Notes: a model not told the origin generated them from the sequence alone. A DNA stretch of 55,825 nt from Candidatus Giovannonibacteria bacterium RIFOXYD1_FULL_48_21 (GCA_001778985.1 MFIU01000002.1:1-55825), one strand, 5' to 3'; shown: positions 16,625 through 26,412, counted from the first letter of the stretch. Made by a program: numbers and translations.

Positions 16625-17562
16625 TTGCTCAAATCGCGCTAAGCGTCATATTTTTTGTCTCCCTTCTGATTTTTCGTTTTCCTGGGCCAGCCCCATCTCT
16701 GCCTCCGGCGGCCGCTCTTTCTTTTAGGTCTCTCGGCGCCGCAGAGCAAAAGATTCCGAGCGAAACTGGACTGGGCGATCTCGGACTCGAGGCCGAAAGC
16801 GTCTATATTCTAGACCTTACGGAGAATAAAACCCTTTACGAGAAAAATGCCTTGGAAGTTCGTCCTTTGGCAAGCCTCACTAAACTCATGACCGCGCTTC
16901 TTTTGGAAGAAAAGGTGCCGGCCGGATTTTTTATACCCGTGTCCAGGGAAGCGATTCGCCAGGAGGGGGACGATGGTTTTCGGGCCGGAGAAAAATTTCG
17001 AAAAGAAGATTTGATAGATATAATTTTGGTGGCTTCTTCCAACGACGCCGCGTACGCGGCCGCTGAATTTGTCGGCGCGGGGCTCGAAGGGGGCGAGGAG
17101 GCGAGCGTTTCGCGTTTCGTGGCTTTGATGAACGAGCGGGCTCGCGAACTCGGGCTTTTGAAAACTTCTTTTCTAAACGCCAACGGGCTCGATACCGAGA
17201 TTAATTTTAAAAAAATTCCCGGAGCGAACGGAACCGCTTTTGAAATCGCGCGTCTTTTGGAATTTATTTTCAAAAATCAACCCGAACTTATCGAGCGGGC
17301 CCGCAGCGAAGAGTTTGAAATTGTCTCCGACCAAGGCCGGCGGCTCAAAGCCAAAAACACCAACCAGGCCTTGGCCGACATCCCTCAACTGATCGCGGCC
17401 AAAACCGGCTTTACGGATTTGGCGGGCGGCAATTTGGTTTTTATTTTCGACGCCGGCTTTTCGCGCCCGGTTTTGGTTTCGATTCTTGGTTCCTCCGAAG
17501 AAGGCCGCTTCTTAGACGCCAAAAAAATAGTCAATGCGGTATTGGCATATTATGCGCTGTAG
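16621..17562 (+). CDS. D-alanyl-D-alanine carboxypeptidase (S11 family low-MW PBP)
   Basis: It has SxxK (ASLTKLMT), SxN (SSND) and KTG (KTGFT) motifs and an N-terminal membrane anchor. Confidence 0.85.
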   Translation: MIAQIALSVIFFVSLLIFRFPGPAPSLPPAAALSFRSLGAAEQKIPSETGLGDLGLEAESVYILDLTENKTLYEKNALEVRPLASLTKLMTALLLEEKVPAGFFIPVSREAIRQEGDDGFRAGEKFRKEDLIDIILVASSNDAAYAAAEFVGAGLEGGEEASVSRFVALMNERARELGLLKTSFLNANGLDTEINFKKIPGANGTAFEIARLLEFIFKNQPELIERARSEEFEIVSDQGRRLKAKNTNQALADIPQLIAAKTGFTDLAGGNLVFIFDAGFSRPVLVSILGSSEEGRFLDAKKIVNAVLAYYAL

Positions 17563-17570
17563 CTAATATT

Positions 17571-18623
17571 ATGGTTTTGAACGTTCTAAAAGTTTTCGGG
17601 CTCTCGGCGCTCGCTTTCGGAGTGGGTGTTTTGCTTACGCCCGTCCTCACGCACTATCTTTACAAATATAAACTTTGGAGAAAAGAAGTACGGACCCAAG
17701 CGCCGGACGGGGCGGGCACTCCGATTTTTTCAGAGCTGCACCGGGAGCGGGAAACGAAAGTTCCGCGCCTGGGCGGAATTTTAATCTGGCTGGTGCCGCT
17801 TTTGATAATCTTTCTTTTCTGGTTTTTGTCTTTCACCGGCAAGCCGCTTTTTCAAAAATTGAATTTTTTCTCGAGGAGCCAGAGCTGGCTTCCGCTTTTT
17901 ACTTTGGTGGCCGCTTCTTTATTGGGTTTGGCGGATGATTTATGGCAGGTTTTGGGAAAGGGGAATTATATCGCGGGAGGGATGCGTTTTTCCTGGAGAC
18001 TTTCTTTGATAATTTTGATAGCGGCGGTCGGCGCCTGGTGGTTTTATATCCCGCTTGAGACCCAGGCGATTTACGTCCCGTTTTTCGGCGAGTTCGAGCT
18101 GGGCCGGCTTTTTCCGATTTTCTTCGTTTTGGTGATGCTTGCCACTTTTTCCGGAAGCGTGATTGACGGGCTCGACGGGCTCGCCGGCGGAGTGATGGCG
18201 ACGGCATTCGCGGCTTATGCCGGAATCGCCTTTTTTCAAAACCAGATTGACTTGGCGGCCTTCTCGGCCGTTATCGCGGGCGCCATCGCGGCTTTTTTGT
18301 GGTTTAACATTCCGCCGGCCAGATTCTATATGGGCGAAACCGGAATTCTGGGGCTGACCACGACGCTTACGGTCGTGGCCTTTCTGACGGACGCGGTTTT
18401 GGTCTTGCCGCTTATCGCCCTGCCCCTGGTTTTGGATTCAGCCTCGGTGATAATCCAGCTTTTCTCAAAAAAATTTTTCGGCCGGAAAGTTTTTCTGGTC
18501 GCCCCCCTGCATCACCACTTTGAGGCCATCGGCTGGCCGTCTTACAAAGTCACCATGCGCGCCTGGGTTCTCTCGGCGGTTTCGGCCATCGTCGGAATGG
18601 TCATCGCGCTTTTGGGAAGATAG
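17571..18623 (+). CDS. mraY: phospho-N-acetylmuramoyl-pentapeptide transferase
   Basis: It is polytopic, with the motifs K...PR.GG, GL.DD, IDGLDGLA and APLHHHFE. Confidence 0.9.
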   Translation: MVLNVLKVFGLSALAFGVGVLLTPVLTHYLYKYKLWRKEVRTQAPDGAGTPIFSELHRERETKVPRLGGILIWLVPLLIIFLFWFLSFTGKPLFQKLNFFSRSQSWLPLFTLVAASLLGLADDLWQVLGKGNYIAGGMRFSWRLSLIILIAAVGAWWFYIPLETQAIYVPFFGEFELGRLFPIFFVLVMLATFSGSVIDGLDGLAGGVMATAFAAYAGIAFFQNQIDLAAFSAVIAGAIAAFLWFNIPPARFYMGETGILGLTTTLTVVAFLTDAVLVLPLIALPLVLDSASVIIQLFSKKFFGRKVFLVAPLHHHFEAIGWPSYKVTMRAWVLSAVSAIVGMVIALLGR

Positions 18624-18632
18624 AATAATCTT

Positions 18633-20207
18633 ATGGCGAGTTATTCTATTTTAATCAAAGGCGGGGAGGTTTTGCGGGGGAGAAAATTCGAAAGGCTGGA
18701 TGTCGGGATTAAGGACGATAAAATTCAAGAGGTTGGGGACTTGTCCGGAGCGAAGGCGGAGCTCTTGATTGACGCTTCCGGAAAATACGTCGCGCCTGGT
18801 TTCATTGACCTCACCAGTCATTCCGACACCCATTGGACTTTGTTCGCTTTTCCCGGACAGGAAAGTCTTCTGGCTCAAGGCATTACCACCATTCTCGGCG
18901 GAAATTGCGGCGCCTCGCTTGCTCCTTTGGTCAAAGCCGAAGATATCGGGGGTATTTCTAAATGGGCGGACGTTCGTGAAATTAATATAAATTGGCAAAG
19001 TACTGCGGAATTTTTGCGGGAGCTTGAAAAACACTCCCTGGGAGTTAATTTTGCCGCCTTGGTCGGGCACGGCACTTTGCGCCGCGGGGTTTTAGGCCAT
19101 GAAAGCCGTAAGGCGAGCCGAGAAGAGATTTCCAAGCTCACTTTCCTTCTTGAAAAATCTTTGGAGGAAGGCGCTTTCGGGCTTTCGACTTCGCTGGCCG
19201 CGGCTCACGCCCGGAATACCACTGCCGAGGAACTTTTGTCATTGTTTCGGGAAGTCGGCCGCGCGGGCGGGCTCACCAAGCACCACCTGCGCGATGAAGG
19301 AAAAAATATTCTGCCAGCCATCGTGGAGTTAATCTCCCTCGGCCGGCAGAGCCAGGCCAAAATTCACTTCTCGCATTTCAAACTTTTGGGCCGCCAGGCC
19401 TGGGAACTTTTTCCAGAAACTTTAGCTCTGATTGAATCTGCCCGCGAGGAGGAACTTCATTTGACTCTGGACGTTTTCCCTTACGCCCGGACCGGCTCGC
19501 TTTTGTATCTGCTTCTTCCGCCCTGGGTTTTGGAAGGCGGCCTGGATAAAATTCTCCAAAGCCTCCGGGAGCCGTCTCGCCGTCAAGCTATTCTGGAATA
19601 TTTGAAATCTCTTACGCTCCACTACGACCAGATGACAATCGCTTCTTCCCTGCGGGATAAAAACATTTTGGGAAAGACGATTGAAGCCGCGGCCCAGAAC
19701 TCCGGTTTGGAACCGGAAGAATTAATCTTGAAGCTTCTGGAGGTAAACGAGCTTAAAGTTTCCATCTTCAACGAGGTTATTTCCCTGCCGCATCTGGAAA
19801 AACTTATCGCCAAAGAATACGCTGGCTTGGCTTCGGACGGCGTTGGCTACAATTTAAAGGAAAAGCCGGCTTTCGACCTGCCGCATCCGCGCTCCTTCGG
19901 CGCTTTTCCGCGAGCCCTTGAAATTTTCTGCCGTCAGAAAGAAATCCTTCCCTGGCCGGAGCTTTTGTATAAAATGAGCACTTTTCCGGCCGAGCTTTTG
20001 GGGCTTAAAGACCGCGGCCGCGTTGAGAAAGGAGCTTATGCCGACCTCGTGGTTTTGGACCCGAGCGCGATTGAGAGCCCGCCGGATTACAGCGGAGTTA
20101 TGCCAAAAACCAAAGGCATTGAGTGGGTGCTGGTCAACGGCGGCGTGGCTGTCAAAGAAGGTTTTTTGAGCCCGGAGCTTAGCGGGCGGGTTTTGCGGCG
20201 AAAATAA
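18633..20207 (+). CDS. N-acyl-D-amino-acid deacylase family amidohydrolase
   Basis: Motifs are IDASGKYVAPGFIDLTSHSD and GGNCGASLAP, with a C-terminal G.ADLVV.DP. Thr replaces the first His of the usual HxH. Confidence 0.7.
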   Translation: MASYSILIKGGEVLRGRKFERLDVGIKDDKIQEVGDLSGAKAELLIDASGKYVAPGFIDLTSHSDTHWTLFAFPGQESLLAQGITTILGGNCGASLAPLVKAEDIGGISKWADVREININWQSTAEFLRELEKHSLGVNFAALVGHGTLRRGVLGHESRKASREEISKLTFLLEKSLEEGAFGLSTSLAAAHARNTTAEELLSLFREVGRAGGLTKHHLRDEGKNILPAIVELISLGRQSQAKIHFSHFKLLGRQAWELFPETLALIESAREEELHLTLDVFPYARTGSLLYLLLPPWVLEGGLDKILQSLREPSRRQAILEYLKSLTLHYDQMTIASSLRDKNILGKTIEAAAQNSGLEPEELILKLLEVNELKVSIFNEVISLPHLEKLIAKEYAGLASDGVGYNLKEKPAFDLPHPRSFGAFPRALEIFCRQKEILPWPELLYKMSTFPAELLGLKDRGRVEKGAYADLVVLDPSAIESPPDYSGVMPKTKGIEWVLVNGGVAVKEGFLSPELSGRVLRRK

Positions 20208-20212
20208 CTCTG

Positions 20213-21397
20213 ATGAAAAAGAGAGTCGCGATTTTGGGGTTTGGGCTGGAGGGGCGGGCCCTCCTTTCTTATTTAAAAAAAGATAAGCGCTTGGAGATTT
20301 CGATTCTCGACCAAAAAAAGGACAAGAATTATTTAAAAAATCTTTCGCGCTACGATTTGATTTTTCGCAGTCCCGGCGTTCCTTATAATCTGCCGGAATT
20401 AAAACCGGTGAGGCGTAAACTCTCGAGTCTTACCAAGTTATTTTTTGATAAGGCTAGTGGGACAATTGTCGGCATCACGGGTTCTGCCGGAAAAACCACC
20501 GCCGCCACTCTTTTGTATAAGATTTTGAAAAATTCCGGACGTCCGGTTTATCTGGCGGGCAATATCGGCAAAAATCCTCTGGCGATTTTGCCCAAGCTTC
20601 AAAAAAATTCCATCGTGGTCTTCGAACTCTCCAGCTTTCAGCTCCAGGATTTAAAACGTTCTCCCAAAATCGCGATTATCCTCGATATCTACGAGGAGCA
20701 CTTGGATAAACACAAGAGCTTCAAAGAATACCTGGAGGCGAAACGCAATATAACTCGCTTCCAAAAGAAATCCGATGCCGTGATTTACGCCGAGGATAAC
20801 AAATTTTCAAATAGACTCGCCAAGCTCTCGCCAGGTAAGAAAATACCTTTTTCCCTTCCGGCCGGCGAAAAAGTTCAATATAAAAATATAATGGCCGCGG
20901 CTCTGGCCGCGCGGCTTTTCGGCGTCAGGGAAAATATCATTCAAAAAACAATCGATAGTTTTCGGGGCCTGCCGCATCGCTTGGAGTTCGTGAGAGAGTT
21001 TGCAGGAGTCAAATTCTATAATAATTCCAAGGCAACCAATGTGGGTTCGGCCATGGCTGGAATCGAGGCTTTGGATGGCAAGAAAGTGGTTCTGGCCGGC
21101 GGGTATAATAAGAATTTAAATTTAAGACCGCTCGTCAGGCGCTTGGCAAAGCCGGATGTTCGCCGCGCGATTTTCTTCGGCGCAGCGAGAAAAGAGCTTC
21201 GGAAGATTGCGGAAAGTCTAGGCTTTTCCAGATTTTCGTTAGCTCCCAAGCTTTCTCGCGCCGTAGAGCTTGCGGCAAGGTATGCCAGATGGGGAGAGGC
21301 GGTTATTCTTTCTCCGGCGGCCGCGAGTTTCGACGAATTTAAAAATTACGAAGAGCGCGGCCGAAGATTTAAGGAGCTGGTGCGGAGGTTAAAATGA
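20213..21397 (+). CDS. murD: UDP-N-acetylmuramoyl-L-alanine--D-glutamate ligase
   Basis: It has the P-loop GITGSAGKTT, NIG.P, LPHR.E and NDSKATN-like NNSKATN. Its position is mraY-murD-ftsW-murG. Confidence 0.9.
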   Translation: MKKRVAILGFGLEGRALLSYLKKDKRLEISILDQKKDKNYLKNLSRYDLIFRSPGVPYNLPELKPVRRKLSSLTKLFFDKASGTIVGITGSAGKTTAATLLYKILKNSGRPVYLAGNIGKNPLAILPKLQKNSIVVFELSSFQLQDLKRSPKIAIILDIYEEHLDKHKSFKEYLEAKRNITRFQKKSDAVIYAEDNKFSNRLAKLSPGKKIPFSLPAGEKVQYKNIMAAALAARLFGVRENIIQKTIDSFRGLPHRLEFVREFAGVKFYNNSKATNVGSAMAGIEALDGKKVVLAGGYNKNLNLRPLVRRLAKPDVRRAIFFGAARKELRKIAESLGFSRFSLAPKLSRAVELAARYARWGEAVILSPAAASFDEFKNYEERGRRFKELVRRLK

Positions 21398-22476
21398 AGT
21401 CAGACCCGATTCTCAAGGGAATCATAATAATTTTACTGCTCGCGGGATTTTTCATCCTGGCCTCGGCTTCAATCGGCATAACCACCGCCCAGAAGCTTCC
21501 CTCCAATTACTTTCTCCTGCGCCAGCTCGCCACCGGAGGTATTACCGGACTTATTTTATTTTTTATGGCTGGCCGCGTCCCTTACAAACGCTGGCGTTCC
21601 TTCTCGCTTTTTATTTTTATCCTCGGGCTGGGTTTGACGGCCGCGGTTTTTCTGCCGCGAGTCGGCTTGGAAGCCGGCGGAGCCAAGCGCTGGCTCGCGC
21701 TCGGCTCGCTCACTTTCCAGCCAGCCGAATTTTTGAAGTTCGGTTTCATTTTGTACTTGGCCGCTTACTTCAGCTCTTCCGGCCGCAAAGTAAGCTCTCT
21801 CTCCCAAGGCCTCGCGCCCTTTCTGGTCGCAGTCGGCCTGGCCGGAATTTTATTAATTTTTCAGAAGGACCTCGGGACTTTGGTCGTCATGGCCCTCTCC
21901 GGTCTTTTTCTTTTTTGGGTAGCCGGAGGGAAACTTCGGCATATTTTGATTTTAGTTTTATTGGGAGGGGTTCTTTTCGCGGCTCTGGTTTACTTCGAGC
22001 CTTATCGGCTTTCAAGAATTCGGGTTTTTGTGGATCCCGGTTATGAGCCACAGGGGGCAGGCTACCAGATAAAACAATCTTTAATCGCCATCGGCTCCGG
22101 AGGGGTGTTCGGGCGGGGCTTCGGGATGTCGAGACAAAAATTTCAGTATTTGCCTGAACCGATGGGGGATTCGATTTTTGCCGTGGCCGCGGAGGAGTTC
22201 GGTTTTGTCGGCAGTCTGATTTTGATTTTTCTGTTTCTGGCTTTTGCTTGGCGGGGTTTTTATGTCTCGCGTCACGCCCCGGACACCTTTGGAAAACTTT
22301 TCTCATCCGGTCTCGTGATTTTAATCGTCCTGCCATCGCTGGTTAACATTGCCGCCCTTTCCGGCCTCCTGCCTTTGGCCGGTATTCCTTTGATTTTCAT
22401 TTCCCAAGGCGGCTCGGCGCTCGCGATGACTCTTTTGGAAGTCGGCATCCTGCTTAACATTTCCAAAACGAGTTAG
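21394..22476 (+). CDS. ftsW: SEDS-family peptidoglycan polymerase FtsW
   Basis: It has about 10 TM segments and the motifs GA.RW...G....QP.EF.K, Q...A.GSGG..G.G and LPE..TDFIF-like LPEPMGDSIF. It lies between murD and murG. Confidence 0.85.
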   Translation: MKSDPILKGIIIILLLAGFFILASASIGITTAQKLPSNYFLLRQLATGGITGLILFFMAGRVPYKRWRSFSLFIFILGLGLTAAVFLPRVGLEAGGAKRWLALGSLTFQPAEFLKFGFILYLAAYFSSSGRKVSSLSQGLAPFLVAVGLAGILLIFQKDLGTLVVMALSGLFLFWVAGGKLRHILILVLLGGVLFAALVYFEPYRLSRIRVFVDPGYEPQGAGYQIKQSLIAIGSGGVFGRGFGMSRQKFQYLPEPMGDSIFAVAAEEFGFVGSLILIFLFLAFAWRGFYVSRHAPDTFGKLFSSGLVILIVLPSLVNIAALSGLLPLAGIPLIFISQGGSALAMTLLEVGILLNISKTS

Positions 22477-22484
22477 AGCTTTTT

Positions 22485-22493
22485 TGTTATAAT
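22485..22493 (+). promoter_or_regulatory. candidate extended -10 promoter (TGtTATAAT) 7 nt upstream of the murG ATG
   Basis: TGTTATAAT lies at 22485-22493 and the ATG is at 22501. Confidence 0.4.
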
Positions 22494-22500
22494 AATCTAT

Positions 22501-23628
22501 ATGAAAATTCTTTTGGCCGGAGGCGGGACGGGAGGACATTTTTATCCATTGATCGCGGTGGCGCGCTCGCTGAAGGATATTGCCGAGCGGGAAAAAATCG
22601 TGAAACTGGAGCTGATTTTCGCCTCGGACGAGCCGTACGACGCCAATCTTCTAAGGGAGGAGGAGATAACTTTTCTTAAAATTCCAGCAGGAAAATTCCG
22701 GCGCTATTTTTCTATTTTGAATTTTATCGACCCCTTTAAGACTTTCTGGGGGATTTTGAAAGCCCTCTTCGCCATTTATCTCAATTTTCCGGACGTTATC
22801 TTCGCCAAGGGCGGCTACGCCAGTTTTCCGGCGCTGGCGGCCGCGAAAATTTTGCGGATTCCGCTTCTGGTCCATGAGACCGATACCGTCCCCGGGAAGG
22901 TCACGCTTTGGGCTTCCGGTTTTGCCAGACGCGTCGCGATTTCTTTTCCCCAGTCGGTGAAGTATTTTCCCGCGGACAAAGTGGCTTTGACCGGAAACCC
23001 CATCCGGCGCGAGGTCTTGGGAGGTACTGCGGAAGAAGCCCGAGAACTTTTTGGACTGGAGCCTGACCTGCCTTTGATTCTGGCACTGGGCGGCTCGCAA
23101 GGCGCCCAAAAACTGAATGACATCGTCCTCGACATTTTGCCGGAACTGGTGAAATTTTCCCAAGTGGCGCACCAGGCTGGTCGAGGCAATTTCGAAGCCG
23201 TCCGGCTGCGGGCCGGGTTGATTTTGGAAAATTCCTCCTTGGCCAAGCGCTACAATCCTTATGGTTTTCTGGACGAAGAAGAATTGCGGAGCGCCTCCAG
23301 GGCCGCCAGCTTGGTGGTAGCCCGGGCCGGGGGTGGGAGTATTTTCGAAATTGCGGCCTGGGGGCTTCCTTCTATTTTAGTTCCTTTGCCGCACGCGGCC
23401 CAAGACCACCAGCGTCAGAATGCTTACGCTTACGCCCGGGAAGGCGCGGCCGAGGTCTTGGAAGAAGAAAACCTGACCCCGCACGTTCTTTTGGACCGGA
23501 TTCAAAAATTATTGGGCGATAAAGCCCGGCGGGAAAAAATGAGCCAGGCCGCCAAAGCCTTCGCCAAACCGGACGCGGCCGAGAAAATCGCCCTGGAGAT
23601 TCTTAAGCTAGCCTTAGAACATTCTTAG
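22501..23628 (+). CDS. murG: UDP-N-acetylglucosamine--N-acetylmuramyl-(pentapeptide) pyrophosphoryl-undecaprenol GlcNAc transferase
   Basis: AGGGTGGH..P, GGY.S.P, GGSQGA, RAG...I.E....G.PSILVP.P.A..DHQ..NA. Confidence 0.92.
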   Translation: MKILLAGGGTGGHFYPLIAVARSLKDIAEREKIVKLELIFASDEPYDANLLREEEITFLKIPAGKFRRYFSILNFIDPFKTFWGILKALFAIYLNFPDVIFAKGGYASFPALAAAKILRIPLLVHETDTVPGKVTLWASGFARRVAISFPQSVKYFPADKVALTGNPIRREVLGGTAEEARELFGLEPDLPLILALGGSQGAQKLNDIVLDILPELVKFSQVAHQAGRGNFEAVRLRAGLILENSSLAKRYNPYGFLDEEELRSASRAASLVVARAGGGSIFEIAAWGLPSILVPLPHAAQDHQRQNAYAYAREGAAEVLEEENLTPHVLLDRIQKLLGDKARREKMSQAAKAFAKPDAAEKIALEILKLALEHS

Positions 23629-23630
23629 CC

Positions 23631-24884
23631 ATGGAAGTTCGGACCCGGATCGCGCCCTCTCCTACTGGTTTCTTGCATTTAGGCACGGCTCGCACCGCGC
23701 TTTTCAACTGGCTTTTTGCCAGACAACATCAAGGAAAATTTATTTTAAGAATCGAGGACACCGATAAAGAACGCTCGCGCCCGGAATTTGAAAAGGACAT
23801 CGTGGAAGGCTTAAGGTGGCTTGGGGCGGATTGGGATGAGTTCCATCGCCAATCGGAGCGAATTGAGATTTATAAAAAATATTTGAAAAAACTCCTTGAT
23901 TCCGGCCAGGCTTATTTTTCGGACGTAGTTCACTTCAAAAACCCGGGCAGAAAGGTTCGTTTTCACGACTCGATTAGGGGGGAGATAGAATTCGACACGA
24001 AAGAACTCGGTGATTTTATCATCGCGAAAAGTGAAGAGGAGGTTTTGTACCATTTTGCCGTTGTCGTTGATGACTTTGAGATGAAAATAAGCCACGTCAT
24101 CAGAGGGGAGGACCATATTTCAAACACTCCGCGGCAGATTTTGATCCAGGAGGCGTTGGGTTTCCCCAGGCCGCAATACGCGCATCTTCCTCTGATTCTC
24201 GGGCCGGACCGAACAAAACTTTCCAAGCGCCACGGAGCCGAATCAGTCCGCGAATATAAGGAGGCGGGATATTTGCCGGAAGCGCTGGTCAATTTTCTTT
24301 CGCTTTTGGGCTGGCATCCTAAAGACGAAAAGGAAATATTTTCCAAAGAAGAATTAATCAAAGAATTTTCGCTCGAGCGAGCACAGAAAGGAGGCGCGGT
24401 CTTTGATATCAAGAAACTGGAATGGCTAAACGGCGAATATATCCGCGAAAAATCTCTGGAAGATCTTTTGGAGCTCAGCCGTCCTTATTTGGGCCAGACT
24501 GATGATGAAAAGCTGAAGAAAATTCTCGCCCTGGAGAAAACGAGATTGAACAAACTTTCTGATTTGAGGGAAGCCGCGCTATATTTTTTCAAAGAGCCTG
24601 AATACTCCAAAGAACTTTTGAGCCCGCCTGCGCGGGCAGGCTGGAAGGGAACTGAAGATTATCAATTGATAAAAAAGCATCTGAAAAAGATAACGGAACT
24701 CCTGCCGGATTCAGATAAAATTATGTCCTACGCCGAGAAAGAGGGCAGGGGAGAGGTTTTATGGCCGCTCCGGGTGGCGCTTTCCGGCCGGAAAAACTCT
24801 CCCGGACCTTTCGAAATTATGGAAGTTTTAGGAAAAGAAGAAAGTATAAAACGTATAAAACATGCGCTCGAGGTTCTGGATTAG
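23631..24884 (+). CDS. gltX: glutamyl-tRNA synthetase (short, 417 aa)
   Basis: It has the HIGH region (RIAPSPTGFLHLGTARTALFNW), RIEDTD and KMSKS (KLSKRHG). The C-terminal anticodon-binding region is shorter than usual. Confidence 0.9.
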   Translation: MEVRTRIAPSPTGFLHLGTARTALFNWLFARQHQGKFILRIEDTDKERSRPEFEKDIVEGLRWLGADWDEFHRQSERIEIYKKYLKKLLDSGQAYFSDVVHFKNPGRKVRFHDSIRGEIEFDTKELGDFIIAKSEEEVLYHFAVVVDDFEMKISHVIRGEDHISNTPRQILIQEALGFPRPQYAHLPLILGPDRTKLSKRHGAESVREYKEAGYLPEALVNFLSLLGWHPKDEKEIFSKEELIKEFSLERAQKGGAVFDIKKLEWLNGEYIREKSLEDLLELSRPYLGQTDDEKLKKILALEKTRLNKLSDLREAALYFFKEPEYSKELLSPPARAGWKGTEDYQLIKKHLKKITELLPDSDKIMSYAEKEGRGEVLWPLRVALSGRKNSPGPFEIMEVLGKEESIKRIKHALEVLD

Positions 24885-26100
24885 TTTGTTTGGCATTTGG
24901 ATTTTGTTATTTGGGATTTCTGGTGCGGCTACCGTTGACGAGCTGAAGGAATCTATCCAGGAGCGGGAGGGTCAAATCAGCGAAATAGAGGCGGAGATTG
25001 AAGAGTATCAGCGTCAGATTGACGTCAAGGTGGCCGAAGTGGGTACGCTTAAGAATGAAATTTTACGCCTGGAAGCGCTTTTAAAAAAATTAAACGCCGA
25101 GATCCGGCTGACCCAAAGCAAAATCCAAGCCTCCCAATTGACTCTGGAGAAGTTGAACATCGAAATCGGCGATAAATCCGAAGAGATTGAAGAGCAAAAG
25201 GAGGCCCTGGGAGAGATTCTGCGCAGTATCTACGAATCCGAGAGCGAATCCTTGGTAGAGATACTTCTGAAGCATCGCGCCCTTTCTGATTTTTTCGGCA
25301 ACCTCCGGCAGATTGAGAATCTGGAAGCGGCCGTGGGAAAAGATTTGGAAGTTTTAAAAACGCTTAAAAAAGAGCTGGAAGAACGCGAGGCCCAGGAGCT
25401 CGCGGCAAAGAAAAAACTGGATGATTTGTCTTTGGAGCTGAAAGACCGCCGCGCCATCGAAGAGGCAGGCCGCCAGAATAAAAACCAGCTTTTGAAAATT
25501 ACAAAAAATAAGGAGGCGGAATATCAAAAACTTTTGCGGGAGCGCGAGAAACAGCGAGCCTCAATCATCGAAGAAATTCGGGAGATTGAAGATGAACTTA
25601 GACTTTTGATTGACCCCTCTTCTTTGCCGGCGCCGCGTCCCGGAGTTCTGGCCTGGCCGCTCGCCGCGCCGAAAATTACCCAGGGCTTCGGGCGCACGGA
25701 TTTCGCGCTCAATACCGATGTCTACGGCGAGAAGAATCATAACGGCATTGACCTTAAAGCTTCCATCGGCACTCCAATTTTGTCGGCCGAAGACGGAGTG
25801 GTGAAGGCCGCGGGAAATTCGGATTTAATCTGCCCGGGCGGCTCTTACGGCAAATGGATTTTAATCGAACACCCTAATCGTCTGGCTACCCTTTACGCTC
25901 ACCTCTCGCATATTCGAATTTTAACGGACAGCAATGTGGCGCGGGGGGATATTATCGGTTACAGCGGCGATACTGGCTATACCACTGGCCCGCATCTTCA
26001 CTTCACGGTTTATGACGCGCGCACAGTCCAGATAAAGCCTTCTAGAGTTTGTGGTTTGTTGCCGTATGGAGGCTATCTTGACCCAATGGTTTATCTATAG
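24862..26100 (+). CDS. M23-family peptidoglycan metalloendopeptidase with an EnvC-like coiled-coil N-terminus
   Basis: It has a signal anchor, a long heptad-rich region, and the M23 motifs HNGIDL and GYSGDTGYTTGPHLHF. Confidence 0.85.
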   Translation: MRSRFWISLFGIWILLFGISGAATVDELKESIQEREGQISEIEAEIEEYQRQIDVKVAEVGTLKNEILRLEALLKKLNAEIRLTQSKIQASQLTLEKLNIEIGDKSEEIEEQKEALGEILRSIYESESESLVEILLKHRALSDFFGNLRQIENLEAAVGKDLEVLKTLKKELEEREAQELAAKKKLDDLSLELKDRRAIEEAGRQNKNQLLKITKNKEAEYQKLLREREKQRASIIEEIREIEDELRLLIDPSSLPAPRPGVLAWPLAAPKITQGFGRTDFALNTDVYGEKNHNGIDLKASIGTPILSAEDGVVKAAGNSDLICPGGSYGKWILIEHPNRLATLYAHLSHIRILTDSNVARGDIIGYSGDTGYTTGPHLHFTVYDARTVQIKPSRVCGLLPYGGYLDPMVYL

Positions 26101-26358
26101 ATATTAATGTTATTAAAGTTTATAAAAGTGAAAGGCCCCGGAATCGGAGCCTCTACTGTGGAAAAGAATCTTTTTGAAAATTTTATCTTGACAAAAGAAC
26201 TGATAAAGAGAAAAAACTGGGTCCAAAGAGCTAAAAGGAGAACTAAGGAGGAACTTTTGTTCTAAGAATAACATTTTTTGACAGCGCGTCAATATAGTTT
26301 TCCACAGCATTTGCTTCAAAAAAGTATACCGGCATACTAGACTTAAGCTAGATATCAG

Positions 26359-26387
26359 GGAAAGAGTCTTCTTTCCTTTTTTATTTT
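26359..26387 (+). terminator. intrinsic-terminator-like hairpin plus T-tract, 26 nt upstream of the giant ORF
   Basis: The stem is GGAAAGA-gtct-TCTTTCC (26359-26376), followed by TTTTTTATTTT. Confidence 0.5.
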
Positions 26388-26412
26388 GGCAAAGGGCTTA
26401 TGAATTACATCT

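Noticed and set aside
24622-24641. The GC mini-palindrome in gltX (GCCCGCCTGCGCGGGCAGGC) as an independent mobile element.
   Set aside because: At only 20 nt with 5-6-bp stems, it could arise by chance in GC-rich coding sequence. It is mentioned only as a possible relative of the class B palindrome.
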